Positions 62,824-64,000 of a DNA stretch of 64,000 nucleotides are shown piece by piece. Source of the stretch: an uncultured bacterium (GTDB taxonomy: Bacteria; Nitrospirota; JACRHL01); NCBI GenBank assembly GCA_965371175.1, contig CBDUXI010000005.1, positions 14,548 through 78,547 of the forward strand, written 5' to 3'. The position numbers and the translations under genes are program-made. Numbering within the stretch: position 1 is the stretch's first letter; every line of letters starts with the position of its first letter. Below the pieces are notes generated by a model. That model made no database searches. It saw only the letters and a list, made by a program, of their open reading frames with translations, and had not been told where the DNA came from.

Positions 62824-64000
62824 TCAGTGCCGCCCCGGCGGCGTGACCGGAAAACACTGGCCGGATACCTCGAACATCTTGCGCACCGGGCAGCCGCCGT
62901 CTTCGATGTGGGCTTCGTACTCGGCCTTGAAGTGGCGCAGGGTGGAGGCCACCGGGGCCACCGCCCCATCACCCAGAGCGCAAATCGATTCGCCGGGAAT
63001 ATAGTCACAGATGGTATGCAGCCGGTCGATGTCTTTGGCCGTGCCCAGCCCCCCTTCGATGCGGGACAGGATTTCGTGAAACAGCCAGGTACCATCCCGG
63101 CAGGGGGTGCATTTGCCGCACGACTCGTCCCGGTAGAACATGCTCATGTTGGCGGCCAGATCCACCATACAGTTGGTTTCGTCGTACACGATCACCGAGG
63201 CGCTGCCGAGCATGCTGTCCGCATTTTTCAGTGCTGCAGGCGTCAGGGCCACCTCCAGTTGTTCCGGAATAAGGAGGGGGGTGGAGGTGCCGCCGGGAAT
63301 GACCGCCTTGATGGCCTTGTCACCCGGCACGCCGCCGCCCAGGTCTTCGATCAGGTCGATCAGGCGGGTGCCCAGTTCCAGTTCGTAATTGCCCGGATAG
63401 CGAATGTTGCCCGACAGGGAAAACACCCGGGTGCCGGGTGCGTTCTTCGTGCCCAGTGTCCGGTACCAGCCGGCCCCTTTATGGAGAATGGCGGGGATGG
63501 TGGCCAGGCTTTCCACGTTGTTGACCACGGTGGGGCGGCCGTTAAACCCGGAAACAGCCGGGTAGGGGGGCTTGCCTCGGGGCATGGGGCGGTTGCCTTC
63601 CAGCGCTTCGATCAGGGCGGTCTCCTCTCCGCAAATATAGGCCCCCGCGCTTTGGTGCAGATGCACCTTCACCGGCACCAGCCTGCCGATCATGCCCGCA
63701 TCCTGTGCCTCTTTGACTGCGGCTTCAAGACGGGCATAGGCGGTGTCGTATTCGCCCCGGATAAAAAAGATGACCTCGTCGGCCCCCACCGCGTGGGCGG
63801 CAATGAGCGCCCCTTCGATGACCCGGTGAGGGAGGGTTTCCATCAACTCCCGGTCCTTGAACGCCCCCGGCTCGCTTTCGTCGCCGTTGACCACCACATA
63901 CGGGATGCCCGGCGCGTCTTTCGCTGTCTGCCATTTGCGCCCGGTGGGGAAGCTTGCGCCGCCCCGCCCGGTAAGCCCTGCGTCCGTCACCTGCCCGATC
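62824..64000 (-). CDS. NuoF-family NAD(H)-binding flavoprotein (51-kDa subunit type; complex I, hydrogenase or formate dehydrogenase diaphorase); the 5' end is outside the window
   Basis: Motifs are GLTGRGGASFPTGRKW, the FMN/NADH site GDESEPGAFKDRE and the [4Fe-4S] motif ESCGKCTPCRDG. The reading frame stays open to the window edge. Confidence 0.88.
   Translation of the reverse strand, partial: IGQVTDAGLTGRGGASFPTGRKWQTAKDAPGIPYVVVNGDESEPGAFKDRELMETLPHRVIEGALIAAHAVGADEVIFFIRGEYDTAYARLEAAVKEAQDAGMIGRLVPVKVHLHQSAGAYICGEETALIEALEGNRPMPRGKPPYPAVSGFNGRPTVVNNVESLATIPAILHKGAGWYRTLGTKNAPGTRVFSLSGNIRYPGNYELELGTRLIDLIEDLGGGVPGDKAIKAVIPGGTSTPLLIPEQLEVALTPAALKNADSMLGSASVIVYDETNCMVDLAANMSMFYRDESCGKCTPCRDGTWLFHEILSRIEGGLGTAKDIDRLHTICDYIPGESICALGDGAVAPVASTLRHFKAEYEAHIEDGGCPVRKMFEVSGQCFPVTPPGRH

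Overview
This is a 64-kb high-GC bacterial chromosomal segment; 60-nt lines I spot-counted in core genes exceed 60% G+C. I recognised no rRNA, tRNA, CRISPR array, transposase or integrase. Positions 1-21.7 kb form one co-directional minus-strand housekeeping array: engB (partial), mtnA, an LpxL-family acyltransferase, comEC, an AT-richer secreted ORFan, a tetrahaem cytochrome c abutting glmM, the c-di-AMP module cdaA-cdaR-glmM, folP, ftsH, hpt, tilS and ribF. A haem cluster follows: hemB, fused cobA/hemD, hemC, hemA and a ccsA/hemX-like gene. Positions 21.9-32 kb carry amt-PII-mscS, two tandem sigma-54 enhancer-binding proteins, ligA (with a large internal insertion) and rimO. Positions 38.5-64 kb carry an ATPase-SARP regulator, nadC, valS, and a kinase / sigma-54 regulator / coiled-coil / TPR / pseudo-receiver operon. 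They also carry grpE-dnaK-dnaJ, DAHP synthase, cutA, small membrane and stress genes, a thrombospondin-type-3-repeat secreted protein, msrA and a NuoF-like flavoprotein (partial). The main candidate for a new system lies at about 32.1-37.4 kb, a compositionally foreign block (42-53% G+C in my spot counts). It holds an HsdR-less type-I-like methyltransferase (with an N-terminal PD-(D/E)xK head) and a specificity subunit. These are chained (4-nt overlap, then a 1-nt gap) to a 528-aa protein that fuses a ParB/DndB (DGQHR)-like N-terminal domain to a TIR-like / nucleoside-deoxyribosyltransferase-like C-terminal domain. That gene occupies the position where hsdR, or an embedded abortive-infection gene such as prrC, would sit. 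The block is convergent with a HARE-HTH-Mrr endonuclease gene of host-like G+C. Other unexplained structure includes a ~140-nt repeat found directly 3' of two unrelated stop codons in the same relative orientation, and a 25-bp inverted repeat behind comEC. There are also G9 and G-quadruplex-type tracts and two sigma-54 promoter candidates. All domain calls come from reading motifs by eye, with no searches run. Motif coordinates were counted manually and may be off by a few nt.
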